Source: an uncultured bacterium (GTDB lineage Bacteria; SAR324; NAC60-12). From it: a stretch of DNA of 64,000 nt. Positions 17,404-25,525 of the stretch are shown one piece after another (the stretch's first letter is position 1; each line of letters begins with the position of its first letter). Made by a program: the position numbers and the translations under genes. The DNA is taken from NCBI GenBank assembly GCA_965662235.1, contig CBFIGY010000008.1, positions 36,979-100,978 on the forward strand. The letters run 5' to 3'. The notes beneath the pieces were generated by a model. The model saw nothing but the letters and a program-made list of their open reading frames with translations. It ran no database searches and was not told the origin of the DNA.

Positions 17404-18270
17404 TCACCATTCCTCATGTTCTCGGAGGAAGACCGCAAAGCGAGGCAGGCCGTGACGGGTCCGTCCGGAGTACCGGAACTCCACCGTGCTGCCCACCGGA
17501 GGCGGAACTTCCCGCTCCGCATCGCTGAAACCGGTTCCCAAGCGAAACACGGCTCCGTCTGGAAGCTGAACCTCCAGGGAGCCCAGGCGCCCGGTGTGCT
17601 TTCCCTTTCCCGGAAGGTGCCGTAGCACCACGGCCTCTCCTTCCTCATAAGGCTTGACCTTCAGCCAGTCCTGGCTGCGTCCGGACGTGTAGCGTGACTG
17701 AGGGCGCCGCAGCACCAGTCCTTCCCCTCCTTGACGCTGCAGGGCCTCCAAGCGGACCTGAAGTTCCGCCTCGGTCTGCAGACGCTCCTGAGGCACCGGT
17801 GTGACATGCGCCGGAAGCGTCCACTGCCGGAGGGCTTCCCAGCGCAGCTCCAAGGCTCCTGGAACCTCAGGCGCGTCAAAGACCCAAAACCGCACCTCTT
17901 TCCAGCCGGGGCCGGGAACCTGATCTCGGACAATGCTGAGGGTCCGGGCGAACTGTCCCCGCCCAACCCACAACTCCCCATCAAGAGGAACCTGAGGAAG
18001 GTCGGCCGTGAACCAGTCTGGAGCCTCAATGCGGTGGCCATTTCGGGTTTGCAGCTCCGAACCGGTCCAGAGGGCCCGGATGCCGTCAAATTTTTCACTC
18101 ACCCACCAGCCTGAGACGGATTGTCCCGGTTTCCAGGTGGAGACCAGCATCAGAGGACGAGACCGTGAAACCGACGGGGCCGGCACAGAAGGGGGTTGCG
18201 TGAAAGCAGGGGGCGGGACCACCGGGAGCAGCAACAGGACGCTCCCGGGCAGCAAGTACTTGGCAGACAT
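17404..18270 (-). CDS. Minimal ATP-dependent DNA ligase (LigE-type) with a hydrophobic N-terminal leader
   Basis: SEKFDG (motif I), LDGELW, FWVFD, EGLVLR, WLKVK, OB domain ending GLPRFAVFLR; ATG at 18270 with GAGGTGG RBS. Confidence 0.88.
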   Translation of the reverse strand: MSAKYLLPGSVLLLLPVVPPPAFTQPPSVPAPSVSRSRPLMLVSTWKPGQSVSGWWVSEKFDGIRALWTGSELQTRNGHRIEAPDWFTADLPQVPLDGELWVGRGQFARTLSIVRDQVPGPGWKEVRFWVFDAPEVPGALELRWEALRQWTLPAHVTPVPQERLQTEAELQVRLEALQRQGGEGLVLRRPQSRYTSGRSQDWLKVKPYEEGEAVVLRHLPGKGKHTGRLGSLEVQLPDGAVFRLGTGFSDAEREVPPPVGSTVEFRYSGRTRHGLPRFAVFLREHEEW

Positions 18271-18343
18271 AACCACCTCGACACAGAGCACGCGTGTGCG
18301 TGAGTCAACGGCGGGAAGTTCATGCGGGACGTCAGGAGGCCAC

Positions 18344-21019
18344 TCAGCTGGCCAGCTTCTCCAGCTCCTGAATCTGCTGACGGAGCGCCTCCACGGTTCG
18401 TTCAGCCTGGGCGGTTTTCTCCCGAAGCTCTGAGACCACCGCCTCCGGAGCTTTGGCGAGGAAGCCTTCGTTGTGGAGCTTCTTGTTGCTCTTTTCCACA
18501 AACCCTGCCTCGGCCCGGAGCTTCTTCTGCAGCGTTTCAATCTCCTTGCTCCAGTCGACTGCTGAGGCGTCAATCCGGGCCAGGACCTCGCTGAAGTAAG
18601 CGGCAAGGGCGTCGCTTCCGGGAGTCGGCTCCACGGCCTGGACGTTCAGTTCGCTCAGGCGGGCCAAGCGGACAATGAGCGTCTGATGCGTCTGAAACAG
18701 GTCGGCATGCTGGGCAGAGTCGAGGCTTGCGGCAATTTTTTTATCAAGCCCCAGATTCGCTTTGTCGCGCAGAGCCCGGATTTGGGAAATCGACTCCTTG
18801 ACCAGCTCAATGCGGGCGTGTGCCTCAGGGAAGACGTGCTGCGGTTGCGAACTCGGGAACGGAGCCACGGCGAGCATCTGTTCCTGTCCAAACTGCGACC
18901 ACAGAGCCTCGGTCACAAACGGCACATACGGATGCAGCAGCTTGAGGAAGGTGGTGTAGGCATAGGCCAGCACCTGGTTGTCCTCATCGCTGCGCTGCGG
19001 ATTCTTGTCCATCTCCAGGTACCAGTCGCAGAACTCGCCCCAGAAGAACCCCCGGAGCGTGTCGATGACCTCAGAAAGCCGATAGGTGCTCAGGCTCTGC
19101 TGAACGGTCTCGACGGTCTGGTTGAGGCCATGCAGCAGCCACTGCGCCAGTTCCGACTGCACCGTTTGTGGTGGCGTGATCGGAGTTCCCGCAGGAACCG
19201 TCATGAGGATGTAGCGCCCAGCGTTCCAGATCTTGTTGGCGAAGCGTCGGCAGGCCTCCAGTTTTTCCGGGTAGAGCCGTAGGTCCTGTCCGGGACCGGT
19301 GCCGAGGATGAGTGCCAGCCGAAGCGCATCGGCGCCGTAGGCCTCAATGCTCTCCAGAGGATCAATCGCCGTAGAGGGGTCGGACTTAGACATCTTGCGT
19401 CCCTCTCGGGTCCGGACCAGTCCATGAAGGTAGACCGTCTGGAACGGGACCTCGCCGATCATGTAGGTGGTCATCAGGATCATCCGAGCCACCCAGAAGA
19501 AGAGGATGTCGTACCCCGTTTCCATCACCTGAGTGGGGTGGAACTTCCGGAAGTCGGGGCTGCGTTCCAGGATCTGCTCAAAGGAAAGGCTGTGATCCTG
19601 TGCCAGTTCCGGATCCACCAGAGTGCTCCAGGTCCAGAGGGCGGAGGAGAACCAAGTGTCGAGCGTGTCCGGATCCTGAGTCCAGCCGGCTCCTGCTGGA
19701 GCTTGGGTGGCAATGTGGGTTTGGTCGCCTTGATAGAACGCCGGGATGCGGTGTCCCCACCAGATCTGCCGGCTGATGCACCAGTCCCGCAGGTTTTCCA
19801 CCCAGTGGAAGTAGGTGGCATTGAACCGGTCAGGCACCAGCTGGATGTCTCCGGAGCGGACGACTTCAATGAGGATCTCCCGGAGGGAGCGGTGCTCGCC
19901 TTGCCAAGGCACGACCTCCTTGTTGACGTCAATGAACCACTGCTCGCGGATCTGAGGTTCAATTGCGCCTCCGCCTCGGCTGTTGAAGGCCTTGGCGTGG
20001 GTGTACTGCTCATCGACCTTGACCAGCAGGCCTTTTTGTCGGAGCTTCTCCACAATCCGGGGGCGTGCCTCGTCAATGGGCAGGCCTGCAAATTCCTGAG
20101 CCACAGGCAGGAGCTTGCCGTCAAAGTCGATGATGGGCTCCTTGTCGAGCCCGTGACGTTCGGCAATTTCAAAGTCGGTGTGGTCGTGCCACGGGGTGAT
20201 CGTCATCACTCCAGTGCCAAACTCCGGATCAATGGCTTCATCCTTGATGACGGTGGCCGTGATGCGTCCGTTGATCCACTCGCACTCAAAGGTGTCGCCG
20301 TGCTGATAATCCTGATACCGCGGATCCTCAGGGTGCATGACCACGTACTTGTCGCCAAACTTGGTCTCAGGACGGACGGTTCCGATCTGGAAGGGGCCAT
20401 ACTGGAAGGTGTAGAACGGCGACTGAACCTCCTTACGGTCCACTTCATCATCTGAAACGTTGGTCTTGAGGTTCGGGTCCCAGTTGACAATCCGCGGACC
20501 TCGGTAGATGAGGCCATCCTGATACATGCGGACAAAGGTCTCATTGACGCACCGGTTCAGCGCTGGATCCATTGTGTACCGTTCTCGGGACCAGTCACAG
20601 CTGGACCCCATCGCTTTGACCTGGTTCCGGATGGTGCCGCGCGAGCTCTCCACGTAGTCTGCAATGCGCCGCAGCACCTCTTCTCGTCCCAGTGTGGCCC
20701 GGGGATCGGCAATGCCGTCTTGCTCCTGGATTTGCTTCAGGACCACGTTTTCAGTCGCAATCGCCGCATGATCCGTTCCCGGAAGCCACAGGGCCTCGTC
20801 GCCGCACATCCGTCTCCAGCGGATGATGATGTCCTCCAGCGCCAGCATCACCGCGTGACCGACATGCAGCTGTCCCGTTGCATTGGGAGGTGGCATGGAG
20901 ATGGTGAAGGGCGCCTTCTCCGATTGAGAGTCGACGCGGAAGAGCTGGCGGGCTTCCCACTCGGCGGCAATTTGGGCTTCAAAGGACTGCGGTTCGTAGG
21001 CTTTGGGTAGGTCGGTCAT
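18344..21019 (-). CDS. valS: Valine--tRNA ligase
   Basis: PPPNATGQLHVGH, PGTDHA, DWCISRQIWWGH, KMSKS, C-terminal coiled coil FLAKAP. Confidence 0.97.
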   Translation of the reverse strand: MTDLPKAYEPQSFEAQIAAEWEARQLFRVDSQSEKAPFTISMPPPNATGQLHVGHAVMLALEDIIIRWRRMCGDEALWLPGTDHAAIATENVVLKQIQEQDGIADPRATLGREEVLRRIADYVESSRGTIRNQVKAMGSSCDWSRERYTMDPALNRCVNETFVRMYQDGLIYRGPRIVNWDPNLKTNVSDDEVDRKEVQSPFYTFQYGPFQIGTVRPETKFGDKYVVMHPEDPRYQDYQHGDTFECEWINGRITATVIKDEAIDPEFGTGVMTITPWHDHTDFEIAERHGLDKEPIIDFDGKLLPVAQEFAGLPIDEARPRIVEKLRQKGLLVKVDEQYTHAKAFNSRGGGAIEPQIREQWFIDVNKEVVPWQGEHRSLREILIEVVRSGDIQLVPDRFNATYFHWVENLRDWCISRQIWWGHRIPAFYQGDQTHIATQAPAGAGWTQDPDTLDTWFSSALWTWSTLVDPELAQDHSLSFEQILERSPDFRKFHPTQVMETGYDILFFWVARMILMTTYMIGEVPFQTVYLHGLVRTREGRKMSKSDPSTAIDPLESIEAYGADALRLALILGTGPGQDLRLYPEKLEACRRFANKIWNAGRYILMTVPAGTPITPPQTVQSELAQWLLHGLNQTVETVQQSLSTYRLSEVIDTLRGFFWGEFCDWYLEMDKNPQRSDEDNQVLAYAYTTFLKLLHPYVPFVTEALWSQFGQEQMLAVAPFPSSQPQHVFPEAHARIELVKESISQIRALRDKANLGLDKKIAASLDSAQHADLFQTHQTLIVRLARLSELNVQAVEPTPGSDALAAYFSEVLARIDASAVDWSKEIETLQKKLRAEAGFVEKSNKKLHNEGFLAKAPEAVVSELREKTAQAERTVEALRQQIQELEKLAS

Positions 21020-21078
21020 GAATTCTGCGCGCCCGGAGGACGAATGAGGGGGTTAAGAAACAAGTAAAGCGGAGGTGG

Positions 21079-21813
21079 TCACAGCACGTGCTCGAGGCCG
21101 TAGATCAGCTCCTGAACCGTCAGGGCCTTTTTGCAGGCCAAGCAGACGCCTGGCATGAAGGATTCGCGGTGCAGGGAATCGTGACGGAGGGTCAGGGACT
21201 CGCTTTTGCCACCAAAGATCACCTCCTGGTGAGCGACAAAGCCTGGGAGCCGCACCGAATGAACCGGGATGCCCTGAACCTGTGCCCCGCGGGCTCCGGC
21301 ATAAAGCTCCTGCTCTTCCAGCGGAGCCGGAACCTCCTGACGGGCAGCGGCAATGAGGGCAGCGGTCTTGACGGCGGTTCCAGAAGGGGCGTCTGCCTTG
21401 CGGTCGTGGTGCAGCTCGAGGATTTCTACATGCGGAAGGTACCTAGCGGCCTCAGCGGCAAACTTCATCATCAGCACGGCACCAATGGCAAAGTTGGGGG
21501 CAATGATGCCTCCCAGTCCCTGTTGCTGACAGAAGGCTTGCAGCTCCGTGACCTGTTCCGGAGTCAAACCGCTGGTGCCAATCACCGGACGGACCCCCGC
21601 TTCGAGGATCGCCCGCGTGTTGGCATACGCGACTTCTGCAGTGGTGAAGTCGACGGCCACCTGCGCCTGAGTGGCCTTAAGGGCGGCCCCGAGGTCGTCC
21701 CCGAGGTCGGTGGTGCCCACCAGTTCCAGCTCCGGATCTGCTGAGACGGCCTGAGTGGCCTCTTGTCCCATGCGTCCCTGAGCACCATTGATTAAAACAC
21801 GAAGAGCCGGCAT
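21079..21813 (-). CDS. dapB: 4-hydroxy-tetrahydrodipicolinate reductase
   Basis: GAQGRMG, VDFT, IGTSG, APNF, ELHHDRKADAPSGTA. Confidence 0.95.
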   Translation of the reverse strand: MPALRVLINGAQGRMGQEATQAVSADPELELVGTTDLGDDLGAALKATQAQVAVDFTTAEVAYANTRAILEAGVRPVIGTSGLTPEQVTELQAFCQQQGLGGIIAPNFAIGAVLMMKFAAEAARYLPHVEILELHHDRKADAPSGTAVKTAALIAAARQEVPAPLEEQELYAGARGAQVQGIPVHSVRLPGFVAHQEVIFGGKSESLTLRHDSLHRESFMPGVCLACKKALTVQELIYGLEHVL

Positions 21814-21821
21814 TGAAGCAT

Positions 21822-21850
21822 TTGCTGAAGGTCCAAAGATTCGCTATAAA
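21822..21850 (+). promoter_or_regulatory. Possible sigma-70 promoter for the gene at 21900
   Basis: TTGCTG-N17-TATAAA. Confidence 0.3.
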
Positions 21851-21899
21851 GGTGTTGAAACTAGGAGAATCCCTAACGAAACTCAAGACAATCACCACG

Positions 21900-22283
21900 A
21901 TGCCTGCACTTGAATTCTATCAGGTCCGGAGTCGGAAATCCGAGGAATGGGTCAATGGGCTCCGGCAGATCAGCCTGGCGTGCGATGGGCATCCGGACCT
22001 GCACGGCTTCCTCTGGGTGGACGCAACTGGAAGCCTCTGCTACCTGCAGTTTCTCTTCGACGAGCAGGTTCTGGAGTGGGAAGCCTCTCAGGGCTTTCGC
22101 TGCTCCTGGACCAACCGTGAAGCGCAATCGTTGTTTGAAGTGGGACGGAACAAGGGGGCCCGGACGCTGGGGGACGGGCTGGAGGCAGCGGCTGTGGCTC
22201 CAAGGCTGGCTCAGCTGCAGGAGGCTCTTTTTCCGGAGGAGTGGCAGGAGCCGCTGCAGGCGATTTTCAGCGCTCAGCGTTGA
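21900..22283 (+). CDS. Hypothetical protein
   Basis: ORF fills the gap between dapB and the convergent flagellar operon; ATG at 21900. Confidence 0.6.
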   Translation: MPALEFYQVRSRKSEEWVNGLRQISLACDGHPDLHGFLWVDATGSLCYLQFLFDEQVLEWEASQGFRCSWTNREAQSLFEVGRNKGARTLGDGLEAAAVAPRLAQLQEALFPEEWQEPLQAIFSAQR

Positions 22284-22492
22284 GCTGCGCGCCAGGCCAT
22301 TTGAATGGAAAGGTAACCGGCCAGCACCCCGTCTTCGTAGTTGAAGAGCGGGTCGTTGACCAGCTGAGGGAAGTCTTGGGGATTTCGGATGTCTTCAGGC
22401 GTGACGCCCGGCGCGAGCTCGCGGGCGAGACGAAGCAGCTTCTCCTGCTGCCGCGTGACCATCTGATCCAGAGTGGCATCAAAGGAGTCCAT
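22274..22492 (-). CDS. Small conserved-looking hypothetical protein translationally coupled to fliA
   Basis: TGATG overlap with the fliA stop; GGAGG upstream; motif TPEDIRNPQDFPQL...FNYEDGVLAG. Confidence 0.7.
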   Translation of the reverse strand: MDSFDATLDQMVTRQQEKLLRLARELAPGVTPEDIRNPQDFPQLVNDPLFNYEDGVLAGYLSIQMAWRAAQR

Positions 22493-23238
22493 CAGTTGAT
22501 GACCTCCTTGAGCTTGGACCGGAGCTTGAGGATGGACTTGGTCCGAATCTGCGAGACTCGGGATTCCACGACACCGAGCACCTGACCAATTTCCTTCAGG
22601 TTCAGCTCCTCGTTGTAGTACAGGGCCAGTACCATCTGTTCCTGCTCCGTGAGCGTCTCAATCGCCAGCGCGACCTGATCCTGAAGCTGCTGCATGGAAA
22701 GGGAGTCGTAGGCGTCCTTGGCATCAGGATCACTGATCGCATCCAGTAGACTCACGCTTTCGTCTTCATCAAGTCCGGCACTGAATTCCTCAAAGGAAAT
22801 CAGCGGAATGGGCTTGGCCTTGGCGAGGAATTCGTGGTACTCGGAGAGCGAGAGCCCCAGCTGCGTCGACATTTCGGTGTCCGTGGGCTCTCGTCCGAGT
22901 TCGGAAGCCTTGCTCCGCCACGCCTCATCCCATTCAGTGGCGGCATTCCGCACGGAGCGCGGGACCCAGTCCATGGAACGCAACTCGTCCAAAATGGCTC
23001 CCTTGATGCGGAACTCCGCATAGGTCTTGAACTGAACGTCCTTGCCGGGATCAAATTTGTCCACGGCGTCGAGCAGTCCAATCATGCCTGCCTGAATCAG
23101 TTCTTCTTGATCCACCCCTGGAGGAAACCGAGCGGCCATCCGACTGACAATGCGTTTGATCAGAGGGGCGTGCTGGAGTACCAAGTCCTCCCGGCTGTAC
23201 TGCGATTTGTCGGCGTAGGGGTTGGTCTTTTGGGACAT
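22492..23238 (-). CDS. fliA: Flagellar sigma factor sigma-28
   Basis: GLLDAVDKFD, FKTYAEFRIKGAILDELRSMDWVPRSVR, LYYNEELNLKEIG...ESRVSQI; ATG at 23238. Confidence 0.95.
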   Translation of the reverse strand: MSQKTNPYADKSQYSREDLVLQHAPLIKRIVSRMAARFPPGVDQEELIQAGMIGLLDAVDKFDPGKDVQFKTYAEFRIKGAILDELRSMDWVPRSVRNAATEWDEAWRSKASELGREPTDTEMSTQLGLSLSEYHEFLAKAKPIPLISFEEFSAGLDEDESVSLLDAISDPDAKDAYDSLSMQQLQDQVALAIETLTEQEQMVLALYYNEELNLKEIGQVLGVVESRVSQIRTKSILKLRSKLKEVIN

Positions 23239-23297
23239 CCGAAATAAAGGCTCGGGGCGTTCGTGGGGCGGGGCCCCAGTGTGTTGTGACGACAGCA

Positions 23298-24179
23298 TTA
23301 CTTCCGCTCCTTCCACTGCAAGAAACGCTCCCAAAATCGAGGTTTGTCCTCGAAGGGCATTTCCGAAAGCGATACCGCATTGTTGGTTGCCTCCTCCAAG
23401 CGCGACGCCATGGCCCGGAGGCTCTTGGCGGCAGGCGAGTTGGGGAACGCCTCCAACAGGGGACGCTGCATCCGCACGGACTTGGCAAGGTCGGTATCGC
23501 GCGGAATGTACCCAAGGTAGTTGAGCTCCACCTGCAAAAAGTCCCGGGTGACCTTCTGGAGTCGCTCGAAGACGTTCCGGCCTTCTGCCTGAGACGCAAC
23601 CGAGTTGGCGATCAGGTTGAAACTCCGGACGTTGTAACGGTTGACCATCACCTTAATGGTGGAGTAGGCATCGGTCAAGGAAGACGGATCGGGGGTCGCC
23701 ACCAGCAGCACCTCATCCGCGCTGACGTTGAAACGTAGCACACCAGAGGAGATGCCTGCACCGGTATCAATGATGAGGTAGTCGATGGACTCTTCTAGTT
23801 CCGCCAGCATCTGCATCAGGTTGTCCTGATCCTCTTCACCCAGCTCGGCCAGCTCGACCACTCCGGAACCTGAGGGCAGGACCTTCATGTTCCCCGGGCC
23901 GTCCAGCACAATGTCCCGGAGGTGCTTCTCTCCTGCGAGCACGTGCTCAATGGTGTAATCCGGAGTCAGATTGAGGAGGACGTCGATGTTCGCTAGTCCG
24001 AGGTCGGCATCAAGGAGGTACACCCGGCGTCCGAGGCTAGCGAGGGCGTAGGCCAGGTTGATGGAAACGTTGGTCTTCCCGACTCCCCCTTTGCCGCTGG
24101 TGACGCTCAGCACCCGAGCCTGGCGGCGCGGGAGGGAGGTCTCATGTACAATACGGCGTAACGAGCTGGCTTGATCCAT
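23298..24179 (-). CDS. flhG: Flagellar number regulator FlhG (MinD/ParA ATPase)
   Basis: N-terminal DQASSLR activator motif, SGKGGVGKT, DADLGLAN, DTGAG. Confidence 0.93.
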   Translation of the reverse strand: MDQASSLRRIVHETSLPRRQARVLSVTSGKGGVGKTNVSINLAYALASLGRRVYLLDADLGLANIDVLLNLTPDYTIEHVLAGEKHLRDIVLDGPGNMKVLPSGSGVVELAELGEEDQDNLMQMLAELEESIDYLIIDTGAGISSGVLRFNVSADEVLLVATPDPSSLTDAYSTIKVMVNRYNVRSFNLIANSVASQAEGRNVFERLQKVTRDFLQVELNYLGYIPRDTDLAKSVRMQRPLLEAFPNSPAAKSLRAMASRLEEATNNAVSLSEMPFEDKPRFWERFLQWKERK

Positions 24180-24201
24180 GTTCAGCACGTTTGGGAAGAG
24201 C

Positions 24202-25482
24202 TCATGAGCCGGAGATGTTCAGCAGCAGGTCGACCAGCCGCTCTTTGGTCGCCATCTCAATGTCCTCCGGAACCTTCTGTCCTGTGGTCAGGAAGGAAAT
24301 GGGCTTCTTGAAACGGATCACATGGTTGAAGAGGGAGCCGTACGACGAGCTTTCATCCAGCTTGGTGAAGACGATGCCTTCGAGAGGCAGCGTCCCAAAG
24401 CGCCGGGTGATCTCGTTCATGTCGTTGTCCTTGGTCGTTGCACTCAGCACCAACAGGTTGTGGATCCGACCTCGCTCATCGAAGATGTTCCGGAGCTCAA
24501 ACATCTGGTTCTCGTCACGCTGCGAGCAGCCTCCGGTGTCGATGATGATCACCTCGTAATCGGAGTAGCTTTCAATGGCCTTGTCGAGCTCCTCTTTGTT
24601 GGAGACGGTGCTCAGCGGCACATTGATGATCTTGGCGTAGGTCCGGAGCTGCTCAACGGCGGCAATCCGGAAGGTGTCAATGGTGATGAGCGCGACCTTG
24701 CGCTTGTAGCGGAGCATCTGCTCGGAAGCGATCTTGGCGGCCGTGGTAGTCTTGCCCACTCCGGTGGGACCAATGAGGGCGATGATCTTCTGAGACCCTG
24801 TGACGCCTTCGATGCCGCGGGAGGTTTTCAGGACCTTCATCAGCATCCGGGCAATGAAGATCTTCACATAGGAGAAGTTCTGCAGGTCCTCCTCGGTGAT
24901 GTTCTTCTGTGCTTCCAGAACCAGTCGTCGGGCAAATTTTTCTTCCATGCCCCCGAACTTCATCTGCTGGTAGAGGACCATCAGGTTCTCCGGAAGGTTC
25001 AGGTCTTCCTGAACGCTGTTCCGGGAGGCCATCAGGTGCAGCATGTGCCGCATTTCGCCGAGCTCGTGCTTGAGCTGAGTGACCGAGTAGCCTTCATAGG
25101 CAGTGTTGCGGCTGCTCAGTTCCTGCACCAGCTCCCGGAGGCTGTGCAGCTCCTGCCGGATGGGCAGCAGGGCCTTCTGAGGATCCTGGAAGCCTCCGGT
25201 CGCAGGGGTCGCCGCAGCAGAAGGGGCGGATTCGGCGTCAGTAGAAGGCGCTGGCGTTTTGTAGGCGGCTGGCAGCTTCGTCTTGGTGAGGACATCCCCT
25301 CCGTTCTTGCGGTCGTCTTTGGCTGCGGTCACCTCAAGCATCGTTTTGCCAAACAGGCCAAAGGTCCCTTTCCCTTCACGGACTTGCCGAGTGGAGACGA
25401 TCACAGCGTCCGGACCAAGGTCGCGTTTAATCATCTGCAACGCTTCCTGAATGGTGTTGACGCGGTAACGCTTAAGATTCAT
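24202..25482 (-). CDS. flhF: Flagellar SRP-type GTPase FlhF
   Basis: LGPDAVIVS N-terminus, GPTGVGKTT, DTFRIAA, TKLDE, TGQKVPED. Confidence 0.95.
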   Translation of the reverse strand: MNLKRYRVNTIQEALQMIKRDLGPDAVIVSTRQVREGKGTFGLFGKTMLEVTAAKDDRKNGGDVLTKTKLPAAYKTPAPSTDAESAPSAAATPATGGFQDPQKALLPIRQELHSLRELVQELSSRNTAYEGYSVTQLKHELGEMRHMLHLMASRNSVQEDLNLPENLMVLYQQMKFGGMEEKFARRLVLEAQKNITEEDLQNFSYVKIFIARMLMKVLKTSRGIEGVTGSQKIIALIGPTGVGKTTTAAKIASEQMLRYKRKVALITIDTFRIAAVEQLRTYAKIINVPLSTVSNKEELDKAIESYSDYEVIIIDTGGCSQRDENQMFELRNIFDERGRIHNLLVLSATTKDNDMNEITRRFGTLPLEGIVFTKLDESSSYGSLFNHVIRFKKPISFLTTGQKVPEDIEMATKERLVDLLLNISGS

Positions 25483-25525
25483 GGGGTATCCAAATCTACG
25501 TTAGAGAAAATTTTGAGAAGGTGTC

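Noticed and set aside
18271..18606. N-terminal extension of the DNA ligase ORF (400-aa version) overlapping valS
   Set aside because: It is an off-frame overlap with the valS 3' end; a good RBS and ATG exist at 18270
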